From Chloroflexota bacterium (GTDB taxonomy: Bacteria; Chloroflexota; UBA11872; VXOZ01), in the NCBI GenBank assembly GCA_965221905.1, contig OZ244922.1, forward strand, positions 1,536,001-1,600,000: a stretch of 64,000 nt of DNA. The letters are read 5' to 3'. This document shows, piece by piece, positions 47,583 to 57,812 of the stretch (position 1 is the stretch's first letter; every line of letters begins with the position of its first letter). The translations under genes and the position numbers were made by a program. Under the pieces are notes generated by a model. That model did not search any database, was not told the DNA's origin, and saw only the letters and a list, made by a program, of their open reading frames with translations.

Positions 47583-49223
47583 ATGAACGCGTCTGCCTCC
47601 ACCGACGTGATTCTGGCGCGTGCCGCGGTCGTGTTGCTGCTCGGCAACGTGATCAGCCGAATCCTAGGGCTGGTTCGCGAGCAAACCATTGCCTATCTCT
47701 TCGGCGTGAGCGGCACGGCCTCTTCTTTTGTAGCTGCGTCCCAAGTGCCGACAATGGTCTTCGACCTCTTGCTCGGCGGCGCAGTGACGGCCGCGTTGGT
47801 ACCCGTTTTTGCTGACTACGCGCGGAACAACCGCGAATTCTCGGCGCTATTCGGCGCTATGCTCGCGCTGGCGGCCGTAGTTCTCGGCGGCATGGTGTTA
47901 GTGCTTAGTGTCTTTGCCGAACCACTCGTCCGTGTGCTCGTGCCGGGTTTTGCTTCGAATATTGCCCAGCAATGCATCATTGCTTCGGAGACTGTTCTTG
48001 CAACGGGGTCCTCCAGTGGCGCATCAAGTGAGTTGCTCACGCAGACGGTTCGCCTAACCCGAATTGCCCTGCCCGCTGCTGCGTTTCTCGGCCTGTCCGG
48101 TGTGGTTAATGCGGCGCTGTACGCCGGCCACAGGCCCCACTATCCGGCCTTTTGCGCAGCCGTCTATAACCTGAGCATTATTGTCACGGCATTGCTTTTC
48201 GTCGGTCGCTTTGGCATCGCCAGCCTTGCTGTGGGTGTGCTTGTAGGCTCGGTGGGTCAACTCGTCTTCCAAGCCCCCGGTCTCTGGCGCATGGGGCTGC
48301 GGCCGCGCTTGGCGCTGACACACCCCGGTGTACCGCGAATCCTACGCCTCTACGCGCCAGTCTTCGTAGGGCTCATCATTACGCAGCTTGCAATTGTGCT
48401 GGACCGCAACCTCGCGTCGTGCACCGGCCAAGACAGCATCGCAGCCATGAACTACGCGACGCGCTTAGTTCAACTTCCTCTCGGCCTCGTCGGCTCCGCG
48501 ATTGCCCTCGCCGTGCTCCCACTGCTGGCGAGGGAGGGTCAAAACCTTGATACCGCGAACTTTCGACGCATTCTCAATCAGGGGATGCGGCTCATTCTGC
48601 TGCTGATGTTGCCGATTTTCGCGCTGATGCTGATCTGGCACCAGCCGATCGTCGAGCTGGTCTATCAACGGGGCGCGTTTGATGCTGAAGATGCTAACGC
48701 CACCCGTCTGGCCCTGCTGCTCTATAGCTTGCAACTGCCGCTCACAGGCTTGGATCAGCTCTTTATCTTCGCTTACTATGCGCGCAAGAATACGCGCACC
48801 CCTGTGCTGGTCGGCATCCTTGGCATTGGTTTCTACTTGGCGGTTGCATTGCCGTTGCTCAAGCCGTGGGGCATGCCGGGACTTGTGCTAGCTAATACCG
48901 TGCAGAATTCCGGCCACGCGCTCGTCATGCTTTGGTTGCTCAGTCGTCTCTTAGGCGGCATGGGTGGTGACGGCTTTGGCGCCTTCTTTGCTAAGATTGG
49001 CGCCAGCACCTTTCTCATAGCGCTCGCCGCAGGCGGGATGCTCTACGTGCAGCGCGTGCTTACCGCTGGAGGTGGCACGGTGGGATTGCTGGCGATGATT
49101 TTGGGTGGAGGAGGGCTGCTGCTTTTTGTCTATCTGGGAATTCTGCGCCTGTTCAAGCTGCCCGAACTCGCAATGCTCGCCAGGATGATACCCGCTCCGC
49201 TCCGTACGGCGTTGCAGCGTTAG
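47583..49223 (+). CDS. murJ: Lipid II flippase MurJ
   Basis: SRILGLVRE, ALVPVF, YATRLVQLPLG, YQRGAF, YYARKNTRTP. Confidence 0.92.
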   Translation: MNASASTDVILARAAVVLLLGNVISRILGLVREQTIAYLFGVSGTASSFVAASQVPTMVFDLLLGGAVTAALVPVFADYARNNREFSALFGAMLALAAVVLGGMVLVLSVFAEPLVRVLVPGFASNIAQQCIIASETVLATGSSSGASSELLTQTVRLTRIALPAAAFLGLSGVVNAALYAGHRPHYPAFCAAVYNLSIIVTALLFVGRFGIASLAVGVLVGSVGQLVFQAPGLWRMGLRPRLALTHPGVPRILRLYAPVFVGLIITQLAIVLDRNLASCTGQDSIAAMNYATRLVQLPLGLVGSAIALAVLPLLAREGQNLDTANFRRILNQGMRLILLLMLPIFALMLIWHQPIVELVYQRGAFDAEDANATRLALLLYSLQLPLTGLDQLFIFAYYARKNTRTPVLVGILGIGFYLAVALPLLKPWGMPGLVLANTVQNSGHALVMLWLLSRLLGGMGGDGFGAFFAKIGASTFLIALAAGGMLYVQRVLTAGGGTVGLLAMILGGGGLLLFVYLGILRLFKLPELAMLARMIPAPLRTALQR

Positions 49224-49481
49224 TGGGAGGCATGCCAAACCTAGTACAGTACATTCATTGTGATGCCGAATAGAGGTCTTTGTGGGTCGTCCGGTCAATG
49301 TGAATGTGCGGCCCTTTCTGAAGAGAATATCTAGGGCCGCGTGGCGGGTAAGTATGGCATGATAGGGATTGGCCCAACCTTCTTGCACATTTGGCTAATT
49401 CACCAGACGTCTTCGGCAGACTTCACGTCCGTTGGGGCAGCGGGGAGACCTTCCCCATTCTTAGAGGATTGAGGAATCGCG

Positions 49482-52328
49482 GTGCAGAAAATGGATCCCG
49501 AACCAAGGCAGACCGGTCTGCGGCGGGTACCTATCGAGCAACTCCGTGAGGACGTGCACTTTCTCGGCAGAGTGCTCGGTCGGGTGCTGCGTGAGCAACA
49601 TGGTCAGTCGTTCTTGGACCTGGTCGAGGACATTCGTCTGCGCGCCATTTGGCAACGGACGACGACAGCTACGGTTTCCCTGCAACCACTTGCGGACTCC
49701 GTGGACGGACTGAACCACGATGAAATGTTCGCGGTGTCCCGGGCGTTTTCGCTATACTTCTATCTCATCAATGCGGCTGAAGAGCAGCACCGTCTGCGTC
49801 GTATGCGGGAGAGCGAACGCAAGAACTATCCTCAGCCGCGGCATGAATCAATCGCCGCTGCCGCTGCACACCTCAAGAGCGAGGGTGTCACACCGGAAGA
49901 ACTGGCGCCGATTTTGGCGCTCCTCTCCATCCGACCGGTCTTCACGCGCCATCCGACGGAAGTGCGGCGACGCTCGCTGCTTGTCTTTCTTGAAATGCTG
50001 CGCGCTTGTCTGGCCGAACGCGAGGGCAAGCGCCAGGATCTTTCGATTGAACAGCGTACCAGCGAGAAGATTCATGAAATCGTCACGATACTGGCGCAGA
50101 CCGATATCACGCCCTGGGAGCGGCCGACCGTTCTGGGTGAGGTCGATGACGGGCTTTACTACTTCGATCACGTCCTACTGGATGTGATTCCCTCTCTTTA
50201 TCATGAGTTAGAAGACGCATTGCAGGAGTACGCCGAAGACTACGCGTTCACGCTGCCCCGATTCCTGACTTTCGGCTCCTGGATGGGCGGCGACCGGGAC
50301 GGCAACCCGTTTGTGACGCCGGACGTAACTGAAGAGACCCTGCGCATGCATCGGTCGCTGATTCTCGATCGCTATGCGCGTGACCTTGACGAGCTATGGC
50401 GCATGCTAAGCCTCTCAGTTCACTTTGCATCGGTTTCCCAAGAGCTATTGGACTCGATTGCGCGGGATCGCGCTTCGCTGCCCGGAGCGGGAGTTGGCGC
50501 CAGTACAGGCATAACTGAGCCATACCGGACGAAAATAGTAATGATGCAGAAGCGCTTGGCACGTACCAGAAGGCGCTATGCCGGCGGTGGCGCCGCGGCT
50601 TCAGGGGCGTACCACGATCCCAACGCGCTGCTCGACGACCTCTTACTCATCCAGAGTAGTTTGATCCAGAACGGCGGCGCGCGGATCGGGCGCCGCCTCC
50701 TACGCGACGTGATCCGGCGGGTGCAGGTCTTTGGCTTTCACTTGGTGGATCTGGACGTGCGCGAGCATAGCGCAGTTCATGAGGCCACGCTGGATGAATA
50801 CCTTGCCGCGGCCGGCGTCACGGCGCGTTACAGCGATCTCGATGAAGCGGGTAAGGCTGCGCTGCTCACTCGATTGCTTGCCGATCCTAAGACCATTGGA
50901 TTCCAAGAACTCACCGTTGCTCCCACTGCCCGCCAGGCGTTTCAGACGTTTACGAGCATTGCCCGCATGCAGGTGGAGGTAGGGGTGGCAGCCTGCAATA
51001 CCTACATCATCAGTTTCACCGAGACCGCTAGCGACGTGCTCGAGGTAGCATTGTTGGCGAAGGAAGCGGGGCTATGGCAGGTGGACGCCGCCGGCAGAGT
51101 AAGCGAGAGTCGCCTCAAGATTGTGCCGTTGCTGGAGGCAATTGCCGATTTGCGCGGCAGTCACGACCTCATTCACGCGCTGCTTTCAATCCCGGTTTTT
51201 CGCTCTCACATTGCGTGCTGGGATGACTGCTTCGAAGTCATGTTGGGGTACTCGGACAGTAACAAAGACGGTGGATTTCTTACGGCTACCTGGGAACTCT
51301 ACTGCGCGCAAAGGCAGGTTGTTGCCGCGTGCCGATCCTACCACGTGATTGTCCAGCTTTTTCACGGTCGCGGCGGCGCGCTTGGCAGGGGAGGCGGGCC
51401 AACGAACCGCGCGATCATGGCGCAGCCGGCCGATTCACTGGCTGGCGGGATGAAGCTGACAGAGCAAGGGGAGGTCATCTTCTCCCGCTATGGTCGACGC
51501 GCCGTCGCCCACCGCAATCTCGAGCAGGTAATTCATGCCATGCTCTTGGCGCGGCTTAGCCCGAGCGTGTTGGAGTCCCGTGCCTCCCTCGAACCGGACT
51601 GGGAGAGCGCTATGGCGACCCTATCGCAGACGGCGTTTCACGCCTACAGGTCGTTGATCTACGAAACACCCGAACTGCGCCCGTACTACCAGCAAGCAAC
51701 GCCCATCGAGCACATCAGCCGAATGAATGTAGGGTCGCGGCCGGCGTCACGGAAGGGGGGCGACCGGGTGGAGGACCTGCGGGCGATACCGTGGGTATTT
51801 GCTTGGACTCAGAGCAGGCATAACTTGCCCGGTTGGTATGGCGTTGGTAGCGCCCTGCAAGAGTTTATTGCCGCCAGTGAGAGCAATCTTGAGCGCTTGC
51901 GGACAATGTACAAGCACTGGGTATTCTTTCGCTCGCTTATCGATAATGCCCAGTTGAGCATTGGCACCGCCGACATGTCGGTTGCGCGCCTCTACGCCGG
52001 ATTGGTTGTCGATGAGGCGGTGCGCGACAAAGTCTATTCCGCTATTGCTGAGGAATTTCAACGTACACGGGAAGCCCTTTTGCAGATTGCGGTTCAGGAG
52101 CAACTCTTGGACTCATCGCCAGTCCTCCAACGCTCGATTCTGCTGCGAAATCCCTACGTCGATCCGCTGCATTGCCTGCAGGTACGCATGATGGAGGAGT
52201 GGCGTACGAAATTTGCCGCGGAGGCAGAAACGCCTCTCGATGAACTCTCGGCGGAGGCGCGCCGCTTGTTGGAAGGTGTCTTCCAAACGATCAATGGCAT
52301 CGCGGCCGGGGTGCAATCGACTGGATAG
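49482..52328 (+). CDS. ppc: Phosphoenolpyruvate carboxylase
   Basis: TRHPTE, SWMGGDRDGNP, VMLGYSDSNKDGG, FHGRGGALGRGGGP, TEQGE, LRAIPWVF, RNPYVDPL. Confidence 0.96.
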   Translation: MQKMDPEPRQTGLRRVPIEQLREDVHFLGRVLGRVLREQHGQSFLDLVEDIRLRAIWQRTTTATVSLQPLADSVDGLNHDEMFAVSRAFSLYFYLINAAEEQHRLRRMRESERKNYPQPRHESIAAAAAHLKSEGVTPEELAPILALLSIRPVFTRHPTEVRRRSLLVFLEMLRACLAEREGKRQDLSIEQRTSEKIHEIVTILAQTDITPWERPTVLGEVDDGLYYFDHVLLDVIPSLYHELEDALQEYAEDYAFTLPRFLTFGSWMGGDRDGNPFVTPDVTEETLRMHRSLILDRYARDLDELWRMLSLSVHFASVSQELLDSIARDRASLPGAGVGASTGITEPYRTKIVMMQKRLARTRRRYAGGGAAASGAYHDPNALLDDLLLIQSSLIQNGGARIGRRLLRDVIRRVQVFGFHLVDLDVREHSAVHEATLDEYLAAAGVTARYSDLDEAGKAALLTRLLADPKTIGFQELTVAPTARQAFQTFTSIARMQVEVGVAACNTYIISFTETASDVLEVALLAKEAGLWQVDAAGRVSESRLKIVPLLEAIADLRGSHDLIHALLSIPVFRSHIACWDDCFEVMLGYSDSNKDGGFLTATWELYCAQRQVVAACRSYHVIVQLFHGRGGALGRGGGPTNRAIMAQPADSLAGGMKLTEQGEVIFSRYGRRAVAHRNLEQVIHAMLLARLSPSVLESRASLEPDWESAMATLSQTAFHAYRSLIYETPELRPYYQQATPIEHISRMNVGSRPASRKGGDRVEDLRAIPWVFAWTQSRHNLPGWYGVGSALQEFIAASESNLERLRTMYKHWVFFRSLIDNAQLSIGTADMSVARLYAGLVVDEAVRDKVYSAIAEEFQRTREALLQIAVQEQLLDSSPVLQRSILLRNPYVDPLHCLQVRMMEEWRTKFAAEAETPLDELSAEARRLLEGVFQTINGIAAGVQSTG

Positions 52329-52844
52329 GGCCTTGTCGCAAGAGCGAATGCCGAATTTGAAGGGATAGCTGCCTGGGCACTCCGCAGAGCCGCTGCTGTG
52401 GGAGTGGATTCTCAAACACTTGGAAGTATGTCCTCGTCGGTCAATCACTGTCGCAGGCAATCTCTGGCATAATTGAAGCGGCGCAAGTGCTTGAGTATTA
52501 TCAGGCTCACGATCAGTCCGGCCATGTCGTCTCGCAGACAATCTCTGAAGATTGGGGGATTCTCAGATGGCGACAAAGTCTGTGGGCTTACAGAATGCCG
52601 TAACGTCGCATGGTCATGCATTTGACCTCATGGTTCAAGGACTCGACTGCTGAACGAGGCGACTTAGGGGGGCACCAATGCCCCTGCAGGATCAGAATCA
52701 AATCTGTAGTTCTGGGAACAAATTGTGACCGGTCTACCCAGCGTGTAGGATGATTGTGGAGCGGCAGAGACTGCCGCGGGATGCCTGGGTATGAGAGAAT
52801 GCCGTTAGACAGTGGCAATCGCGGAATATAGGAGGAAAGTTCAA

Positions 52845-53741
52845 GTGGCGATTAAGACAACGGTCCTACCTGATACTTTACAGTCGAACGGCAATGCCTT
52901 CGACCTCTCAGACGAGACCTTCGGGGAGCTACGCGACGCCAACAGCTTGCTGGGCAACATGGCTGCGATCCACGAACGGTTTGCCGAGGACGGGTACCTG
53001 CTCTTCCGAAACTATCTCGACAAGGATAAGGTGCTGGCAGGGCGCCGGGAACTGATTGGAAAGCTCGACTCCATCGGCCTTATAGACCGCGCCAAGCCGT
53101 TTATGGAGTCTATCTTTTCCGGCGATACGAGCGGCATCACTGCGTCGGATCGTAAGACATTCGCCCGTGAACTCCGCTCCGGCCCGGCGCTCAAGGATAT
53201 TTGCTTCTCCGGTAGGATAATGTCCTTCTTCGAGCAGTATTTCGGAGACGAAGTGCTGAACCTCAATTACATCTGGGTACGGAACAGACGCCGGGGGGCC
53301 GCCACCCCCTGCCACTTTGACTGGGTGTACATGGGACGCGGCACCCGAAACGTCATGACGGCATGGATTCCGCAAGGAGCGGTGCCCTTATGTGACGGCC
53401 CGCTGGCGATCTTGCACGGTTCCCATAAGTGGCAGGAACTCCAGCAGACCTATGGCAGTATCGACGTGGACAAGGATAAGGAAAAGAACCCGTACGGCGG
53501 CGGCTCGCTGACAAAGAATCCAAACGAGCCCCAGCAGCGGTACGGCGGACGCTGGCTTACGACAGAATTCGAGCCGGGCGATGTGCTTTTGTTCGGCATG
53601 TTCACATTGCACTGCTCGCTGGACAACGAGAGCCCGGAAAACCGCATTCGCCTTTCTACCGATACCCGCTACCAGCTCGCCAGCGAACCCGCCGATGAGC
53701 GCTGGATCGGCGATGATCCCTTCGGCCACGGCATGATGTAG
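52845..53741 (+). CDS. Phytanoyl-CoA dioxygenase (PhyH)-family Fe(II)/2-oxoglutarate oxygenase, copy 1
   Basis: EDGYLLFR, CHFD (HxD), TAWIP, GDVLLF..TLH, RLSTDTRY; GTG start with AGGAGG RBS. Confidence 0.88.
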   Translation: MAIKTTVLPDTLQSNGNAFDLSDETFGELRDANSLLGNMAAIHERFAEDGYLLFRNYLDKDKVLAGRRELIGKLDSIGLIDRAKPFMESIFSGDTSGITASDRKTFARELRSGPALKDICFSGRIMSFFEQYFGDEVLNLNYIWVRNRRRGAATPCHFDWVYMGRGTRNVMTAWIPQGAVPLCDGPLAILHGSHKWQELQQTYGSIDVDKDKEKNPYGGGSLTKNPNEPQQRYGGRWLTTEFEPGDVLLFGMFTLHCSLDNESPENRIRLSTDTRYQLASEPADERWIGDDPFGHGMM

Positions 53742-54174
53742 CGCTCCGACATCTAAAGTGCCGACTTGCGGGAATCCGGGCACTCACGGCATTGGCCGGC
53801 GCATTGCCTGCCTGGAATCTGCGTTGGGGTCCTAGCAAGGGTGACCGCTTTTCTCCGGTTAGCTTCGGAATCTCACTTTACCTTTGCATCGGTGCCGTAA
53901 ATTGTTGCCGGTTGGACTTGGCCGACGGCCCGTGTCAGTCTGCGAGACCCTGCGGCTCTCGGCCCAATGAGACACACTTGTTGCGTGGTCTTGCTGTTCG
54001 GCCCGTCAAATTGTCCGAAGAAGTGATCTTTGAGGCGGTTAGTGCCGCCAGATTGCGGTACATGGATGTAAAATGTAGTATTGGTTTAGCAGCAGCATAC
54101 GCTGATTCGGCCTAACGGCCAAGAGTGGCTGCCGCTAACCAAATGCAGCCACGCACAGAGGGAGGGTTGGCAAA

Positions 54175-55071
54175 GTGGCGATTAAGACAACGGTCCTACC
54201 GGACACTTTGACGTCGAACGGTAATGCCTTCGACCTCTCGAATGAGACGTTTGGAGAGTTGCGAGACTCCAAAAGTCTGCAAGGCGACACAGCCGCGCTC
54301 CACGAGCGGTTTGCTGAAGACGGCTATTTACTCTTGCGCGGATACTTGGACAAGGAAAAGGTGCTGGCGGCGCGCCGAGAACTGATTGGCAAGCTCGATG
54401 AAATCGGCCTGATCGATCGCTCTCGCCCCTTTATGGATGCCGTCTTCTCAGGTGATACCAGCGGCATCAGTGCGAGCGACCGCCAGGAATTCACGCACAA
54501 CCTCCGCTCCGGCCCGGCGCTAAAGGAGGTCTGCTTCTCCGGTAGGATAATGTCCTTCTTCGAGCAGTTTTTTGGTGATGAGGTGCTGCATCTCGATTAC
54601 GTTTGGGTGCGGAACGTGAGGCGCGGGGCGGCCACCGGCTGCCACTTCGATTGGGTCTACATGGGACGCGGGACGCCGAAGCTCATGACCGCGTGGATTC
54701 CGCAGGGCGAGGTGCCTCTCGGCGACGGCCCGCTGGCGGTCTTGCAGGGCTCCCACAAGTGGCATGAACTGCAGAATACATACGGCAAGATCGACGTGGA
54801 CAGGGACAAGGATAAGAACCCCTACGGCGGCGGTTGGCTGACGAAGAATCCGAATCAGCCCCAGCAACGGTACGGCGGACGCTGGCTTACCACGGAGTTC
54901 GAGCCGGGCGATCTGCTCGTCTTCGGTATGTTCACGCTCCATTGCGCCATCGATAACGAAAGCACGAAAAACTGCATCCGTCTCTCCACCGATACGCGCT
55001 ACCAACTTGCCAGCGAACCCGCCGACGAACGCTGGATCGGCGATGACCCCTTCGGCCACGGCATGATGTAA
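54175..55071 (+). CDS. PhyH-family Fe(II)/2-oxoglutarate oxygenase, copy 2
   Basis: Same 298-aa length and motifs as copy 1. Confidence 0.88.
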   Translation: MAIKTTVLPDTLTSNGNAFDLSNETFGELRDSKSLQGDTAALHERFAEDGYLLLRGYLDKEKVLAARRELIGKLDEIGLIDRSRPFMDAVFSGDTSGISASDRQEFTHNLRSGPALKEVCFSGRIMSFFEQFFGDEVLHLDYVWVRNVRRGAATGCHFDWVYMGRGTPKLMTAWIPQGEVPLGDGPLAVLQGSHKWHELQNTYGKIDVDRDKDKNPYGGGWLTKNPNQPQQRYGGRWLTTEFEPGDLLVFGMFTLHCAIDNESTKNCIRLSTDTRYQLASEPADERWIGDDPFGHGMM

Positions 55072-55127
55072 GGAATTCAGATACTGGCGTGGGGAGTAGT
55101 ATGTGAATTCGGACGAAGTGCCCAGGC

Positions 55128-57524
55128 TTATCGCCTGCGAACCGAGCCCAAGTACTGCCGCAGGAGTCCACTTAGTTCGCGGATATCCTCCTGCAATACT
55201 CTTAGAGGTTGCGTCTGAGCATGGTTGCGGTCTTCTATAGCTTCCGCAGGGAGGCCCAGGTTCTCCTTGGCCAGGGCCCGGTTGGCGTAGTAATAGGCAG
55301 GGGCTTCTTCCGGGTGAAGCTGGACGGCTTCGTCAAAGTCTTCTAAAGCTTTACCATACTCCTTCAAGTTGCTGTAGCAGACGCCACGACTATAGAAGCA
55401 AGCGTGAGGACTTCCAATGTGCGAGGCACTAAACCGGTAAAACGCAATGGCAATGTCAAAGTCTGCTATGGCCATTGTGTACTTGGTCAAGCTGCGATAG
55501 GAGGAGCCTCGAATGTAATAGGATCCAGCATTCTCTGGCTCTAGTCTAAGTGACTTTGCATAGTTCGAAATTGCCTCTTTATGTTTCCCCAAGTGCTGAT
55601 AAGAATCACCGCGTCTCAAATAGTGTTCGGCGTTTCCTGGCTCAAGTTCGATAGCCTTGTTGTAATTCCTAATGGCTCCTTGATACTCCTGATTCTTTTT
55701 GTGTAGAAGACCGCGACTCGCATAGAGTCTGGCCACGTCGGGCTTAAGTTCAATAGCTCTATCGTAGTGTCTGATGCTCTTACTGTAATCTCCAAGCCTA
55801 CCAAGCAGTTCGCCACAGGCTTCATAGGCTTCAGCGAATTCTGAATGGAGTTCTAAAGCCCTATTGAAGTCGGCAAAGGCTTTCTCAGGCAAATTAACGT
55901 AAAGGTTGCTGTATAATTTTCCCCGGCTGAGATAGTTATGAGCGTTCTCTGGATCGAGTTCAATTGCCGCACTGTAGTCTGCTATAGCCCAATCGTAATA
56001 GCGTAGAATCTCGCGACAACGGCCTCGGCGAGAAGCGTAGCTGGCGTTACTTGGCTCGAGTTCTATAGCCTTATCGTAGTCCTTTAGTGCTTCAATAACG
56101 TAATGTTCTGTCATGAAACCAGAATATCGTTTCAGGTAACAGTCGCCACGTCTCACATGGGTTTCAGCAAGCTCAGGTTGTAGAGAAACAATCCTGCTGC
56201 AATAGACTGTGGCAAGATGGTGCTCTTCGTTCTTCTGGGCAAGCTCAAAGGCTCTATGAAAGTCTGCCGAGGTCCTGGAGTTCTTCCTTAGCTCCCTGTA
56301 ACAATCACCCCGAGAAGAGTAGAATTCATCACGGCTTGGATCAAGTTCGATTGCTCTGTCGTAGTCTTCAATGGCCTTTCGGTAGCTTCCATGCTCCATG
56401 TGGAGAGCACCCCGGCTTGCATAGGCGTAAGCGGAGTCTGGAACGATGGACACTATCTTGCCATATAGTGCCAATGCCTCTTTATCGTCTAAGTCAATAG
56501 TGTAATCGTAAAATCCTCTCAAGTAGCTTTGAGCATTCTCATCATCTAGTTCGATAGCTTTGCAGTAGTTCGCAATGGCTTCATCAGGTTTCTCTAGCTT
56601 CAAATAGAAGTCGCCACGGTAGGAGTAGTGCTGGGCATTTCCCGGTTGAAGTTCAATTGCTCTATCGTAAACGATCAAAGCCCTTTCGGGATTGTCTAGC
56701 CGTGCATAGACGTAGAAGCCACCGAAACTCCCTCTGACTTTGGAGTGCGGGATGCTCCCTGGTTGGAGTTCGACAGCTCTTTGGCAGTCTGCTAACGCTC
56801 TATCGTAGTTTTGAAGCTGCAAATGGGTATAGCCGCGATGGGAGTAACACTCGCTATCGTCTGGCAGCAGTTCCACAGCCTTGCCAAGGTCTTTGAGGGC
56901 TGTTTCGTAATCTTCGAGTCTCTTATAGCAAAGGCCGCGGCGCAGATAGTGCAGTCCGAACTCTGGCTGGAGTGTAATACAGACGCTAAAGTCTTTCGCG
57001 GCTTTTTCATTTTCAGAATTTCGTCCGATTGAATTGCCACAATCATAGTGGAAGTTGCCACGTGTGGCATAGGCAGTAGCATCATGTGGTTGAAGGTTGA
57101 TTGCTTTCTCGTAGTCAGCTAAGGCTTTGACATTCTCGCGTTTGCGCGTATATTGGCGCGCATAGATGTTACCGCGGGCGAGATAGGCAGCGGCATTACT
57201 TGGCTCCAGTTCAATGGCTTTATTGAAATACGCCAAAGGTATCCAGAGTTTTCTTGGATTGTCGAATAAGGTGCCAAGGGCGACATAGACGGCAGAGCTT
57301 TCCGGCTGAAGTTCTTGAGCCTTCTGGTAGTCCGCCAAGGCTTCCTCATTCTTGTCCAAGTCCTTAAAGCAATTGCCACGAGCTAGGTAGGCATCGAAAT
57401 AATGCGAATCGAGCCGGATAGCTTCGCAATACCGTTGGATAGCTTCATCAAGTCGACCTTGCTGGCTTAGTACGGTGCCATCCCGATAAAGTTTCTGTGC
57501 TTCAACTGAATAGTCAGACTCCAT
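55128..57524 (-). CDS. Long TPR-array protein
   Basis: About 18-20 repeats of type AY..RG..Y..L..Y..A..DY.KAIEL.P; ATG 57524 after a G-rich RBS; visibly more AT-rich than its flanks. Confidence 0.88.
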   Translation of the reverse strand: MESDYSVEAQKLYRDGTVLSQQGRLDEAIQRYCEAIRLDSHYFDAYLARGNCFKDLDKNEEALADYQKAQELQPESSAVYVALGTLFDNPRKLWIPLAYFNKAIELEPSNAAAYLARGNIYARQYTRKRENVKALADYEKAINLQPHDATAYATRGNFHYDCGNSIGRNSENEKAAKDFSVCITLQPEFGLHYLRRGLCYKRLEDYETALKDLGKAVELLPDDSECYSHRGYTHLQLQNYDRALADCQRAVELQPGSIPHSKVRGSFGGFYVYARLDNPERALIVYDRAIELQPGNAQHYSYRGDFYLKLEKPDEAIANYCKAIELDDENAQSYLRGFYDYTIDLDDKEALALYGKIVSIVPDSAYAYASRGALHMEHGSYRKAIEDYDRAIELDPSRDEFYSSRGDCYRELRKNSRTSADFHRAFELAQKNEEHHLATVYCSRIVSLQPELAETHVRRGDCYLKRYSGFMTEHYVIEALKDYDKAIELEPSNASYASRRGRCREILRYYDWAIADYSAAIELDPENAHNYLSRGKLYSNLYVNLPEKAFADFNRALELHSEFAEAYEACGELLGRLGDYSKSIRHYDRAIELKPDVARLYASRGLLHKKNQEYQGAIRNYNKAIELEPGNAEHYLRRGDSYQHLGKHKEAISNYAKSLRLEPENAGSYYIRGSSYRSLTKYTMAIADFDIAIAFYRFSASHIGSPHACFYSRGVCYSNLKEYGKALEDFDEAVQLHPEEAPAYYYANRALAKENLGLPAEAIEDRNHAQTQPLRVLQEDIRELSGLLRQYLGSVRRR

Positions 57525-57551
57525 GAATTCCCCCGATTTAGGCAAGACCAC

Positions 57552-57584
57552 AATGCGCTACTACCGGGCTGGTAGTAGCGCATT
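57552..57584. terminator. Hairpin immediately 3' of tRNA-Arg
   Basis: AATGCGCTACTACC-GGGCT-GGTAGTAGCGCATT, a perfect 14-bp stem. Confidence 0.75.
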
Positions 57585-57586
57585 TT

Positions 57587-57662
57587 TGGTACCCCGTGAG
57601 CGACTCGAACGCTCGACCCCTGGCTCCGCAAGCCAGTGCTCTATCCACTGAGCTAACGGGGC
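57587..57662 (-). tRNA. tRNA-Arg (anticodon GCG)
   Basis: Minus strand GCCCCGTTAGCTCAGTGGATAGAGCACTGGCTTGCGGAGCCAGGGGTCGAGCGTTCGAGTCGCTCACGGGGTACCA: 76-nt cloverleaf, anticodon loop TTGCGGA, encoded CCA. Confidence 0.95.
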
Positions 57663-57812
57663 ATACCTGTCTGTGCCTTTAGTATAGCATTTCGTGCGGT
57701 TGCGGCGGGTAATTACGGTCGAGCTTGCCGAATGCTGCAGTGCGATTCATGACGCATGGCAGGGGGCAGCTTCGTGTGAACGGAGCTCTGCGCGACACTG
57801 TTTTGGTGCCCG

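Noticed and set aside
55072-57662. Integrative element or prophage at tRNA-Arg
   Set aside because: No integrase, phage gene or duplicated tRNA 3' end (att site) seen
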